Origin: Candidatus Aminicenantes bacterium
GTDB taxonomy: Bacteria > Acidobacteriota > Aminicenantia > Aminicenantales > Aminicenantaceae
DNA: 64,000 bases
Direction of reading: 5' to 3'
Assembly: GCA_011772475.1 (NCBI GenBank)
Contig: WVZK01000044.1
Coordinates: 14,727-78,726 of the forward strand
Shown here: piece by piece, positions 35,239 through 43,985 of the stretch
Layout: every line of letters begins with the position of its first letter
Numbering within the stretch: position 1 is the first letter of the stretch
Translations under genes and position numbers: made by a program
The notes under the pieces: model-generated
Seen by the model: the letters and a program-made list of their open reading frames with translations, nothing else
What the model was told of the DNA's origin: nothing
Database searches by the model: none

Positions 35239-37302
35239 TTGAGAATGAGGATTTTTTATAAGCTGATTTTAACTTCATTTCTTTCGTTAGTGTTGATGAT
35301 CACATTAACGCAGGGCCAAACTCCAGAGGAGTCTTCTTGCTTAGATTGTCACGATGATGTTCGGGTTACCTCTTCTGCCCACAAAGATTTGGATTGTATT
35401 GAATGTCATTCCAATATTAAGAAAATACCTCATAAGGAAGGACTTCTGAAGGCACTCACTGGAAAAAGACTCTGCGTCCAATGTCATGAGGAAACTGTTT
35501 CCAATCTCAATACCAGTGTTCATGAAAAATCCTCCTGCGGGGCTTGTCACAGAAAAGCACACGCAATTCCGAAACCATCTGAAAGGCCTTGTACTTCCTG
35601 CCATAGGTCTGAAAGCCAAGACTTCCTAGAGAGTGTCCATGGGGAAACTCTGGAATGTGTTACTTGTCATAAAGACTCTCACAAGATCACACCTTCTTCC
35701 AACTTCGATTCTCCAGTATCTCCACTGAAACAGATTGAGACCTGCCGAGAGTGTCATGATTCGCCTCCTCAACTCATTGAAGGTTTTTTGGAAAGTGTCC
35801 ATGGCCGCGGATTGGTCCTCTCTGGATTAACCATTGCTCCCACCTGCGCGCACTGCCATGGAGGACATGGGATCTTTCCACACACCGACGCACGCTCGAC
35901 CGTTTCTTATGAGAAGGTTCCTAAAACCTGCGGTTCCTGCCATCGTTACATCGTCGATAGATGGGTGGAGAGAAGCGCTCATGGACAAGGATGGAACAAG
36001 GGCAAAGAAGTTCCGGTCTGCATTACCTGTCATACCTCTCACAGTATTGAGGAACCTCGCATCGGAATCGCTCGTCTGAAGTTCCCTGAAACCTGCGGTG
36101 GTTGCCATGGCGAGAGTTATTCAAGTTATCGGGACAGCTTCCATGGGCAAGCTACAGACCTTGGCTTCATTACTGGAGCTACCTGCTCTGACTGTCATAC
36201 GCCGCATGAGAACCTGCCCAAGAGTGAATCAGGGTCCTCCATCTATCCTTCCAATCTTGAAAAAACGTGCGGAAGGTGTCACGGAGAAGTCACTGCTGCT
36301 TTCGCCACCTTTAATCCTCATATGAATCCCCGCAACCCCGAACAAAACCGCAATGTTTACTATGTCTGGCTCTTCATGAGGGGACTCATCATATTCATCT
36401 TTGGATTCTTTAGCATTCACTCTGTCTTATGGTTTCAGCGCTCATTGGTGGGATTGATCCGGAAAGAGCTCAAGACTATCCGACGGGAAGGAGATGTCTA
36501 CTTCCTGAGGTTTACTCCTGTGCATCAATGGATACACGTTACTATTATTGCGACTTTTCTGATCTTGGCTGCCAGTGGACTTCCTTTGAAGTATCATTTT
36601 ACAGGATGGGCGAATATGCTTTCGCTCTTTCTTGGTGGAATCTCCGCTGCTCGACTTTTCCATCGTTTTGCAGCCATTCTGACCTTTGGCTATGCTCTCT
36701 TCTATGTGGGATATCTCTTGTATCATATTCTGATCAAAAGAGAGTGGGGTATCCTTTCTGGGTGGCGCTCTATGGTACCGCGGAAGAAAGACTTTTTGGA
36801 CCTTTTTCACAATATCCGTTGGTTCTTTTATCTCGGTCAACAGCCCAAACTGGACCGGTGGACTTACTGGGAGAAATTTGACTATTTTGCTGTTTTCTGG
36901 GGAATCCCTATCATCGGAATCTCGGGACTGATGCTCTGGTTTCCCAAGTTTTTTAGCCAATTCCTTCCTGGTTGGGTGCTGAACGCAGCCTATGTGGTCC
37001 ACAGCGATGAGGCGACGTTGGCGGTGGGGTTTATATTTCTATTTCATTTCTTCCACAACCATCTCCGTTCCGAAAATTTCCCGATTGATCCTGTGATCTT
37101 TACAGGAAGGCTTCCGCTGGAACGATTCAAAGAAGAGCGTCCAGTAGAATATGAACGACTGGTCAAGAATGGCGAGCTGGATAAACGTCTTGTTGGCCCT
37201 CCATCCAACTGTCACCGGGTGGCCGCCTATGTTTTTGGTTTCATTACCTTCGCTATCGGGATCATTCTTATTGTCGCTATTCTCTGGACGGGATTAGTCT
37301 AA
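35239..37302 (+). CDS. inner-membrane fusion of a 13-heme periplasmic cytochrome c domain and a FdnI/HydC-type b-cytochrome membrane domain (CbcL-like)
   Basis: 687 aa (TTG 35239; alternative ATG 35245) with a signal peptide. There are 13 CXXCH motifs: CLDCH, CIECH, CVQCH, CGACH, CTSCH, CVTCH, CRECH, CAHCH, CGSCH, CITCH, CGGCH, CSDCH, CGRCH. About 5 TM helices follow, with conserved His ([42 protein letters not shown]). Confidence 0.8.
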   Translation: MRMRIFYKLILTSFLSLVLMITLTQGQTPEESSCLDCHDDVRVTSSAHKDLDCIECHSNIKKIPHKEGLLKALTGKRLCVQCHEETVSNLNTSVHEKSSCGACHRKAHAIPKPSERPCTSCHRSESQDFLESVHGETLECVTCHKDSHKITPSSNFDSPVSPLKQIETCRECHDSPPQLIEGFLESVHGRGLVLSGLTIAPTCAHCHGGHGIFPHTDARSTVSYEKVPKTCGSCHRYIVDRWVERSAHGQGWNKGKEVPVCITCHTSHSIEEPRIGIARLKFPETCGGCHGESYSSYRDSFHGQATDLGFITGATCSDCHTPHENLPKSESGSSIYPSNLEKTCGRCHGEVTAAFATFNPHMNPRNPEQNRNVYYVWLFMRGLIIFIFGFFSIHSVLWFQRSLVGLIRKELKTIRREGDVYFLRFTPVHQWIHVTIIATFLILAASGLPLKYHFTGWANMLSLFLGGISAARLFHRFAAILTFGYALFYVGYLLYHILIKREWGILSGWRSMVPRKKDFLDLFHNIRWFFYLGQQPKLDRWTYWEKFDYFAVFWGIPIIGISGLMLWFPKFFSQFLPGWVLNAAYVVHSDEATLAVGFIFLFHFFHNHLRSENFPIDPVIFTGRLPLERFKEERPVEYERLVKNGELDKRLVGPPSNCHRVAAYVFGFITFAIGIILIVAILWTGLV

Positions 37303-37440
37303 ACGCGTCAACCTATACTTTTTCCTTAATTTTTCAAGTTGTTATTTTACAGAACTGTCTTCATTTTCACTGGAAGTGTAAAAGTAAGTATAGATCCTCC
37401 TATTCCTCATTTTATTAGAATGCTGAAATCTAAGAATGGT

Positions 37441-38706
37441 TTAAGTGGAGGTCTTTCTATCAATCTGCTTGATTTTAAGAAAAAGGGCTATGGCCAGAAG
37501 AAAGATGAATAGAGTGGCAATAATTAGTCCTGTTTTTCTGAATCTAGCTTCTCTTAAAGCATTTTCTCCAGCTTCTGTGACCTCAACTACGATTTTTTCC
37601 CCTTCTTCTATTTTCTCTTCAATTTCCACCAGAGAAAAACTATGGGTTAAATTTCGCACGAATATCAGTGCGGTGTTTGCTTCTGTTAACCTGAACTTGG
37701 GTTCGCTAACCTCGACTCCCTGCCTGTCTGCTCGCTCGAGGAGATTTTCGGCATGCCGAATTTTTTCGATGAACTCGTCAAGTTTCTCCTTAATGCGGGA
37801 AGCTATCTGGTAGGGCTCAGAATCAGGCTCATGACACTGGATGCAAACAGCCCTTTCCCCTGTTCCGAGCATTTCATCTGAAGGGGGAAGAATCTTATGA
37901 TTTCCATGACAGGCTTCGCACTCGGATATTCCCATCTCATCATAAGCTTTTTTGTGAGGACTTTGGGAGAAGAGTTCCCCAGCACTGGGATGGCATTGAT
38001 GACAGACATAAGCGATGGATGTAACTTCAGGTGGAGAAGCGCCATGATTGCCGTGACAGTCATTGCAGACAGGAGCAGACAAATCTTTTTTTTCGAAAAG
38101 GGCGTGAGCGTGGACACTCTCTTTGTATTCCTCCCACTGATTGGTGGGTATTTTGTAGCCTTTCATGTACTCTTTATCAGAGTGGCAGCGGCTGCATGTT
38201 TGAGGGATGTTCCAGGGAAAAGTCCAAGATTTGGGGTGGGTGGCAGCCTGGATGCCATGAGTTCCATGGCAATCCGTGCAGACCGCAACCCTGGTATCCT
38301 TTTTTTTAAAAAGCTGACCGTGCTCGCTTGTCCAATAGATAGCGAGTTGGTCAACTCTGAGACTGGGATTATAATGTCTCATATAGCTGGAGTCAGAATG
38401 GCAGGAAGCGCAGAAATCAGGGATTTGCGATCTTTTGGGGATTCCTTTAAAAGATTCATCCTTGGCTAAATCCATATCTTCTTCAGAAGCATTTCCTCCA
38501 TGGCAGTCCACACAACTCAACCCGAATTGTTGATGGATATCTAATTGAAAGGTTTCAACAGGTGCCAGAAGTTCATCTTCTAGTTCTTGGTGACACTCGA
38601 TGCAGGAATTTCTTTGGGCAAAGAGAGCATGGTGGGAAATGAATATAGCCAGGATCATAGGAAAGGAAAAGAATATAATTTTTCTCATTCCCGATGTTTT
38701 TTTCAT
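37441..38706 (-). CDS. nonaheme cytochrome c with a C-terminal membrane anchor
   Basis: 421 aa with a signal peptide. Motifs are CIECH, CVDCH, CASCH, CTDCH, CSRCH, CNDCH, CHQCH, CEACH, CIQCH. C-terminal TM helix GLIIATLFIFLLAIALFL. The start is 3 nt after the cyt b stop. Confidence 0.8.
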   Translation of the reverse strand: MKKTSGMRKIIFFSFPMILAIFISHHALFAQRNSCIECHQELEDELLAPVETFQLDIHQQFGLSCVDCHGGNASEEDMDLAKDESFKGIPKRSQIPDFCASCHSDSSYMRHYNPSLRVDQLAIYWTSEHGQLFKKKDTRVAVCTDCHGTHGIQAATHPKSWTFPWNIPQTCSRCHSDKEYMKGYKIPTNQWEEYKESVHAHALFEKKDLSAPVCNDCHGNHGASPPEVTSIAYVCHQCHPSAGELFSQSPHKKAYDEMGISECEACHGNHKILPPSDEMLGTGERAVCIQCHEPDSEPYQIASRIKEKLDEFIEKIRHAENLLERADRQGVEVSEPKFRLTEANTALIFVRNLTHSFSLVEIEEKIEEGEKIVVEVTEAGENALREARFRKTGLIIATLFIFLLAIALFLKIKQIDRKTST

Positions 38707-38709
38707 CTC

Positions 38710-39789
38710 TTATAATCCCGGGAGAAGATAGGTCAAAGCAGTCATGACTACAATGTAAAGGAAGACAATCCAACCTATTGTAGAAAAAACCGGGCTCTTC
38801 CTTTCCTTGGCTGCATTACGATCCAAAAGGGGAACCAGCATCCAGAAAAATCCTCCTATCATGAAACCAAATATAGCCAGAATCTCTCCTTCTAAGGTAA
38901 AAATATGGGCAGGTATGATTTTCAGAGTCGTGAACATGAAAGTAAAATACCATTCAGGTTTTATTCCGAGGGGTGTTGGAGCAAAAGGATCAGCCTTTTG
39001 ACCGACTTCCCAAGGGAAGAAAACACATAAAACACCGATGAGAGCCAGGATGAGCATCCAGCCTAAAGAGTCCTTTAGGATGAAATTTGGGAAAAAGGGA
39101 ACCTCACTTACTTTCTTTTTGCCGAGTCCTATGGGGGTACTCATTCCAAGAATCTGGACTAAGAGCACATGGATTCCAAGGACTATTATTGTCAACAGAG
39201 GAAGAATAGCTATATGGAGCCAGAAAAAGCGCGAAATAGTGGCTCCGGAAACCTCAGTCCCTCCAAGGATAAATGACTTAATCTGACTGCCAATTAAAGG
39301 CAGAGTTCCTGCAAGATCAGTTGCCACTCGTGTGGCAAAAAAGGAAAGCTCGTTCCAAGGGAGAAGATATCCGCTGAAACCAAAAAGAAGGAAAATCAGA
39401 AGAAGGAAAAAACCGGTGATCCAGGTGAGTTCCCGCGGGGATCTGTAAGCTTTGAGAAAAAAGGAGCTGAACATATGAATGAAAATTGCTGCAATAAGAA
39501 TATTCGCGGACCAGCTATGGACAGAGCGCATGAGCCAGCCAAATTTGACTTGGCTCATGATGTATTGAATGCTTTCGTGGGCGGAATCTACAGACGGGGT
39601 GTAGTAAAGGAGGAGCAGGATCCCGGTGAGGACTTGTATAACAAAAAGAAAAAGACAAATGCCCCCAAAATAATACCAGAAGGAATACCTATGTTCAGGA
39701 ACTTTCTTTTTTTTAGCGAATAGAATGAGGCTGGAGAGCTTAAAACGGGAATCTATATAAGAATAAATATTTTGGAGCGCTTTTTTCAT
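38710..39789 (-). CDS. cytochrome b (fused b6 + subunit-IV-like)
   Basis: The probable start is ATG 39789 (MKKALQNIYSYIDSRF...), 1 nt after the Rieske stop; the listed ORF extends to 39834. Signatures are SVHSWSANILIAAIFIHMFSSFF and FSGYLLPWNELSFFATRV. Confidence 0.88.
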   Translation of the reverse strand: MKKALQNIYSYIDSRFKLSSLILFAKKKKVPEHRYSFWYYFGGICLFLFVIQVLTGILLLLYYTPSVDSAHESIQYIMSQVKFGWLMRSVHSWSANILIAAIFIHMFSSFFLKAYRSPRELTWITGFFLLLIFLLFGFSGYLLPWNELSFFATRVATDLAGTLPLIGSQIKSFILGGTEVSGATISRFFWLHIAILPLLTIIVLGIHVLLVQILGMSTPIGLGKKKVSEVPFFPNFILKDSLGWMLILALIGVLCVFFPWEVGQKADPFAPTPLGIKPEWYFTFMFTTLKIIPAHIFTLEGEILAIFGFMIGGFFWMLVPLLDRNAAKERKSPVFSTIGWIVFLYIVVMTALTYLLPGL

Positions 39790-39790
39790 C

Positions 39791-40216
39791 TTAGGCTTTT
39801 TTGGAAACGATGATATCATCTCCTGAAATTTCAACGTTGTAGGATTCTAAAGGAGCAGGGGGAGGGCCAGAGACAACATTTCCGCTTAAATCGAATCTCC
39901 CGTTGTGACAGGGGCAAAGAATCGTGCCTGTATCGCTCTCATAGATGATAGTACAGGTGAGGTGAGTGCAGATAGCAGAGAAAGCCCTTAACTCGCCATC
40001 AGGAGTGTTTATGAGAATGCCGGGAGAGGTTCCGAATTTAAAGATTTTAGACATATTGGGGGCAAGTTCACCTAGCTTGGCAGCGGTAATTTTTTTTATG
40101 ACAGCCTCGGTTTGCTTGGTCGGCAAGATAAAGCTAATAATTGGGTAGAGAAAAGCAATAATTGTACCTACTAGACTCCCTCCTAAAAAGTAGTTGATGA
40201 AATTTCTTCTTTTCAT
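39791..40216 (-). CDS. Rieske [2Fe-2S] protein
   Basis: 141 aa with an N-terminal anchor (MKRRNFINYFLGGSLVGTIIAF). Rieske boxes CTHLTC and CPCHNG. Confidence 0.9.
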   Translation of the reverse strand: MKRRNFINYFLGGSLVGTIIAFLYPIISFILPTKQTEAVIKKITAAKLGELAPNMSKIFKFGTSPGILINTPDGELRAFSAICTHLTCTIIYESDTGTILCPCHNGRFDLSGNVVSGPPPAPLESYNVEISGDDIIVSKKA

Positions 40217-40217
40217 T

Positions 40218-42209
40218 CTACATTGGTTTACCCAAAGATTCTAATTCTTTTTGAAGATTTGTCAATATCTCTTCTGTAGATGTATAGTTATGAATTCCAG
40301 AACTCCCATCGAGTTCAATGTTACGAATGGTCTGTTCAATATTTAAAAGTTGCGCTTTTTCTCCCTCAGATAAGCTGAGTTTTTTCTTTTCTCTTACAAT
40401 AACCTTAGTAGAATCTATGAGATTTTTTATGGAATCTTGCCATTCAGAGAAAATTTCTCTGTAATCTTCATCATGGCAGTCAAGACATTTATTTTTGTCT
40501 GAAAGAAAAATCTGATTCTGAGGGCCAAGATGGCAGTCGATACATTCTGCTTCCGCTTCGAACATTATATCCTTTGCAATGTCATGGCCATTTAATTGAC
40601 CTCCTTGATAGAAGGTTTTTTGTAATTGATGGCAAACAGTACAGTCCTTCTTAGTGTCCTTGTGGTGACAAACAGCGCAACCATGCTTAGTGGCGATGAA
40701 TTCCCCATGTTTTCTGACATTAGAATGGCAGACATTGCACTGTATTTTCTGTTCGATCAAGTGCTTTTGATGAGGAAAGTCTAGTCCGAAAATCTGCATA
40801 TTTATTTCTTCAATCCCGGCGTGGCAATTGTAACACTGGATAGGAATTTCTTTGGATACTGCTAAAAATGCTTCTGGTTTATATGAAGAGCCTATGATCC
40901 CAAGAGCCTCCACGACACTATTATAGGAAGCGGAAAGGAGTTCCTGAGAGTATTCAACATTATGAACACTCTTTCCTCGGTCGACTATGTCGATGTTAAA
41001 GGCAGCTTCCTCAAGCGTTTTCTGAGCTTTTTCTTTCTCTGTATTTTTAGATTGCTCGAGCTCCTGACTGGCTTTGTTATAGATGGTCCTGAGTTTACTC
41101 AATTTTTTATCTGTAGAGATTTCCCAATCCTTCATGATTCTCGCAAAGCCTCTTCCATGACAGGACTCGCAGGCTTGGGCCTTTGAGGTGAAGGTCTCAC
41201 TTTTTATAATTTTCCCACCTGTTTCTTCGTGAAAAATATGGCAGCCTTTACAGCTCAATCCCTTCTCCAGCATGATATTAGGCACTGGGTGGGAAATGCC
41301 CTTACCTCCCTCTCCGATGAAGAGAATCTTTTGAGCTTTGTGATAGTCGGTATGGCATGTCTGGCAATCGGCGATGGTCTCAATTTCTTTGATGATCTTA
41401 TGTTGAATATCCATGTGACATTGATTACATTCGATTTTATGAGAAAAAATATGCACAAAATGCATCTGATCAGTATCAACATATTTATTGAGTCGGTCTA
41501 TTTCCCAGTGGCATTTATAGCAGTTTTCTCGAGGCACCACACCGTCACCTAAGATGGTATGGCTGTGGCATTTGTTACATTCAAAGCCATTATCAAAAAC
41601 AAGGGAATGGTTGAATTTTGACGTCTTTTCCGAAATCAAATCTTCTCGATGATGGCAGTGGTAACATTCGCTTATCTGAGGATAATGGTCACTTTTTTTG
41701 AAATGACAAATAAAACAGGTGCTTTCTGTAACGGTGATATGTTCTCCTTGGACAATTTGGGAATGACAACTTGTACACCGGAGTTGTTTGCCTCTTTTTA
41801 GGTCTGTAAAGTGGATTTTATGGTCGAAAGCGACTCTTTTGAACTTCACTTTGCCTTCCAGAAGCCTCTTCTTGTGACATCCCTCCCGAAGACAGCTTTC
41901 ATCCGGAATTTCAGCCCAAGGCTTTGATTTCAGGTAGAGCTTGGTCCAGTAGCGACCGACTTGAAGAATCCCTTCGATTTTAGCTCGGATTTTTGGTCTA
42001 ATTCCTGGAGGATAATGACAGGCGTTACACTCGATGTGGCTGTGTGAAGAGGTCTTCCAGCTTTGGTAAAAGGGTTTCATATAATGACAGGAATTACAAA
42101 AATAGGAGTGAGAAGTGTACTCGACTGAACCCAGAGTTAGAATGAGGACAAATCCTATAATTGAGAGAAAGATTATTCTTTTCTTCTTATTAATCTTTTT
42201 TTTCTTCAT
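40218..42209 (-). CDS. membrane-anchored multiheme cytochrome c with 17 CXXCH plus one CX4CH; NapC/NirT-like N-terminus
   Basis: 663 aa. TM helix IIFLSIIGFVLILTLG is followed by CNSCH...CNACH, the NapC/NirT-type start. The remaining motifs are CTSCH, CFICH, CYHCH, CNKCH, CYKCH, CNQCH, CQTCH, CKGCH, CESCH, CYNCH, CNVCH, CAVCH, CTVCH, CIDCH, CLDCH. CLREGCH is encoded at 41894-41874. Confidence 0.8.
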   Translation of the reverse strand: MKKKKINKKKRIIFLSIIGFVLILTLGSVEYTSHSYFCNSCHYMKPFYQSWKTSSHSHIECNACHYPPGIRPKIRAKIEGILQVGRYWTKLYLKSKPWAEIPDESCLREGCHKKRLLEGKVKFKRVAFDHKIHFTDLKRGKQLRCTSCHSQIVQGEHITVTESTCFICHFKKSDHYPQISECYHCHHREDLISEKTSKFNHSLVFDNGFECNKCHSHTILGDGVVPRENCYKCHWEIDRLNKYVDTDQMHFVHIFSHKIECNQCHMDIQHKIIKEIETIADCQTCHTDYHKAQKILFIGEGGKGISHPVPNIMLEKGLSCKGCHIFHEETGGKIIKSETFTSKAQACESCHGRGFARIMKDWEISTDKKLSKLRTIYNKASQELEQSKNTEKEKAQKTLEEAAFNIDIVDRGKSVHNVEYSQELLSASYNSVVEALGIIGSSYKPEAFLAVSKEIPIQCYNCHAGIEEINMQIFGLDFPHQKHLIEQKIQCNVCHSNVRKHGEFIATKHGCAVCHHKDTKKDCTVCHQLQKTFYQGGQLNGHDIAKDIMFEAEAECIDCHLGPQNQIFLSDKNKCLDCHDEDYREIFSEWQDSIKNLIDSTKVIVREKKKLSLSEGEKAQLLNIEQTIRNIELDGSSGIHNYTSTEEILTNLQKELESLGKPM

Positions 42210-42382
42210 TTACTAATTAGATAAGATTTATAGAGAGCGCATAAAGCGTCGTCAAGCCAAAGCTTAAATTATGCAGATACTGCTCTCAGATCAAAGAAGT
42301 ATCAGAGAATTTTTTAATCTATTAAGTACTATTATAAAGCAAGTGATGCATAATTTCTATAATTTTTATTAATTTTATAATT

Positions 42383-42411
42383 TTGACAATTTCTATACTT
42401 TTAATTATAAT
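42383..42411 (+). promoter_or_regulatory. consensus sigma-70 promoter of the octaheme-NrfC-NrfD operon
   Basis: TTGACA (42383-42388), a 17-nt spacer, then TATAAT (42406-42411). Confidence 0.65.
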
Positions 42412-42429
42412 TCTGAAAACATTATTAAA

Positions 42430-43209
42430 ATGAAAGATATTTCCTTCCTCGCGAAGTGGGCAAAAAAATTTTGGAAAAAAGTCCCTGACCAGGTAGTACG
42501 TCTTTCCATACCAATATTGATATTAATCATTGGCTTCATTGTCATGAGAAATCTTCTTGTTCCTTCTGACTTCGGCAAGTATGGACATTTCCGAGCTGCT
42601 GCAATTGACGAATTAGTATCACAGGAAATACAATACAGCGAGCATGAGATGTGTTTTGAGTGTCATGATGATGTCGTAAAAGCCAAGAACATGTCCTATC
42701 ACAGAGGTGTGGAGTGCGAGGTGTGCCATGGTCCCGCAGCAGCCCACATTGAAGACCCAGAAGGCAATCAACTTCCAGCCCCAAGAGAGAGAGGCTACTG
42801 TCCACTCTGCCATGAGTATCTTCCATCAAGACCTACTGGCTTTCCTCAGATTGTTTCAGAGTCACATAACCCATTTAGAGCTTGCGTCTCCTGTCATGAT
42901 GCTCATGACCCGAAACCGCCTACTGTGCCGAAGGAATGTGAGGCTTGTCATGCTGAGATTGCTCGGACCAAGGCTCTTTCTCATCATGTTTACATTTCGT
43001 GTATCAGATGTCACAAAACCCCTAAAGAGCACAATATACGCCCGAGAGCTCATCGGCCTGAGAAACCAAGCACGCGGGAGTTTTGTGGGGAATGTCACGA
43101 TGAGAAGGCACCGAGTGCCAAAGGAGTCCCTAGGGTGAACATGGAGACTCACGGCGAAAGATATGTGTGTTGGCAGTGTCATTATCCTCACTTACCAGAG
43201 GCGCATTAA
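42430..43209 (+). CDS. membrane-anchored octaheme cytochrome c (c3-family-like)
   Basis: 259 aa. TM helix LSIPILILIIGFIVM. Motifs are CFECH, CEVCH, CPLCH, CVSCH, CEACH, CIRCH, CGECH, CWQCH. Confidence 0.78.
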   Translation: MKDISFLAKWAKKFWKKVPDQVVRLSIPILILIIGFIVMRNLLVPSDFGKYGHFRAAAIDELVSQEIQYSEHEMCFECHDDVVKAKNMSYHRGVECEVCHGPAAAHIEDPEGNQLPAPRERGYCPLCHEYLPSRPTGFPQIVSESHNPFRACVSCHDAHDPKPPTVPKECEACHAEIARTKALSHHVYISCIRCHKTPKEHNIRPRAHRPEKPSTREFCGECHDEKAPSAKGVPRVNMETHGERYVCWQCHYPHLPEAH

Positions 43210-43983
43210 ATGAAGGAAGCAAATATCGAAAGAAGAGATTTTTTGAAAAGACTTATCGTCTCAGTTCTTTCTTTTTCATCGCCCGGGCTACTTAAGGCCC
43301 AAGAAAAAAGTAAGGAAAGTACGTCACTTTATGAGAAAGGTTATGATCCAGAAGAACACCTTTGGGGGATGGGAATAAGGATAAATAGATGCATCGGGTG
43401 CGGACGGTGTGCTGATGCCTGCAAGAGAGAAAATGATGTACCAAGACTGCCCTTTTTTTTCCGTACCTGGGTAGAACGCTATATTATCCTTGAGGGAGAT
43501 GAAGTTGTTGTGGATAGCCCCACCGGGGGAGTGGATGGCTTCAAAACCCATGTCCAGGAGAAAAAATTAGTCAGAAGCTTTTTTGTGCCTAAATTATGTA
43601 ACCAGTGCGATAAGCCTCCGTGTGTCCAGGTTTGTCCTGTTGGTGCGACCTACAAGACTGAAGATGGAGTTACTCTTGTTGATTCAGAGTATTGTATAGG
43701 ATGTCGGTACTGCATTCAGGCCTGCCCCTACGGAGCTCGTTTTATTCATCCCAGGACCCATACGGCTGAAAAGTGCACTTTTTGTTATCACCGGATTGTA
43801 AAGGGCTTAATCCCCGCCTGTGTTAAAGTGTGTCCCACCCAGGCGAGGGTATTCGGAGATACAAAAGGAAGGGCTAGTCCTCTCGTTAGATTCATGCGCA
43901 TGAATAAGATACGAGTCCTTAAACCTTATCTCAACACAGAGCCCAAGGTCTTTTATGCCGGACTTGATATGGAAGTAAAATAA
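43210..43983 (+). CDS. Tat-exported four-cluster 4Fe-4S ferredoxin subunit (NrfC/HybA/PsrB-like)
   Basis: 257 aa. Twin-arginine signal ERRDFLKRLIVSVLSF. Cys groups are CIGCGRCADAC, CNQCDKPPCVQVC, CIGCRYCIQAC and CTFCYHR...CVKVC. The start abuts the previous stop. Confidence 0.88.
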   Translation: MKEANIERRDFLKRLIVSVLSFSSPGLLKAQEKSKESTSLYEKGYDPEEHLWGMGIRINRCIGCGRCADACKRENDVPRLPFFFRTWVERYIILEGDEVVVDSPTGGVDGFKTHVQEKKLVRSFFVPKLCNQCDKPPCVQVCPVGATYKTEDGVTLVDSEYCIGCRYCIQACPYGARFIHPRTHTAEKCTFCYHRIVKGLIPACVKVCPTQARVFGDTKGRASPLVRFMRMNKIRVLKPYLNTEPKVFYAGLDMEVK

Positions 43984-43985
43984 GA

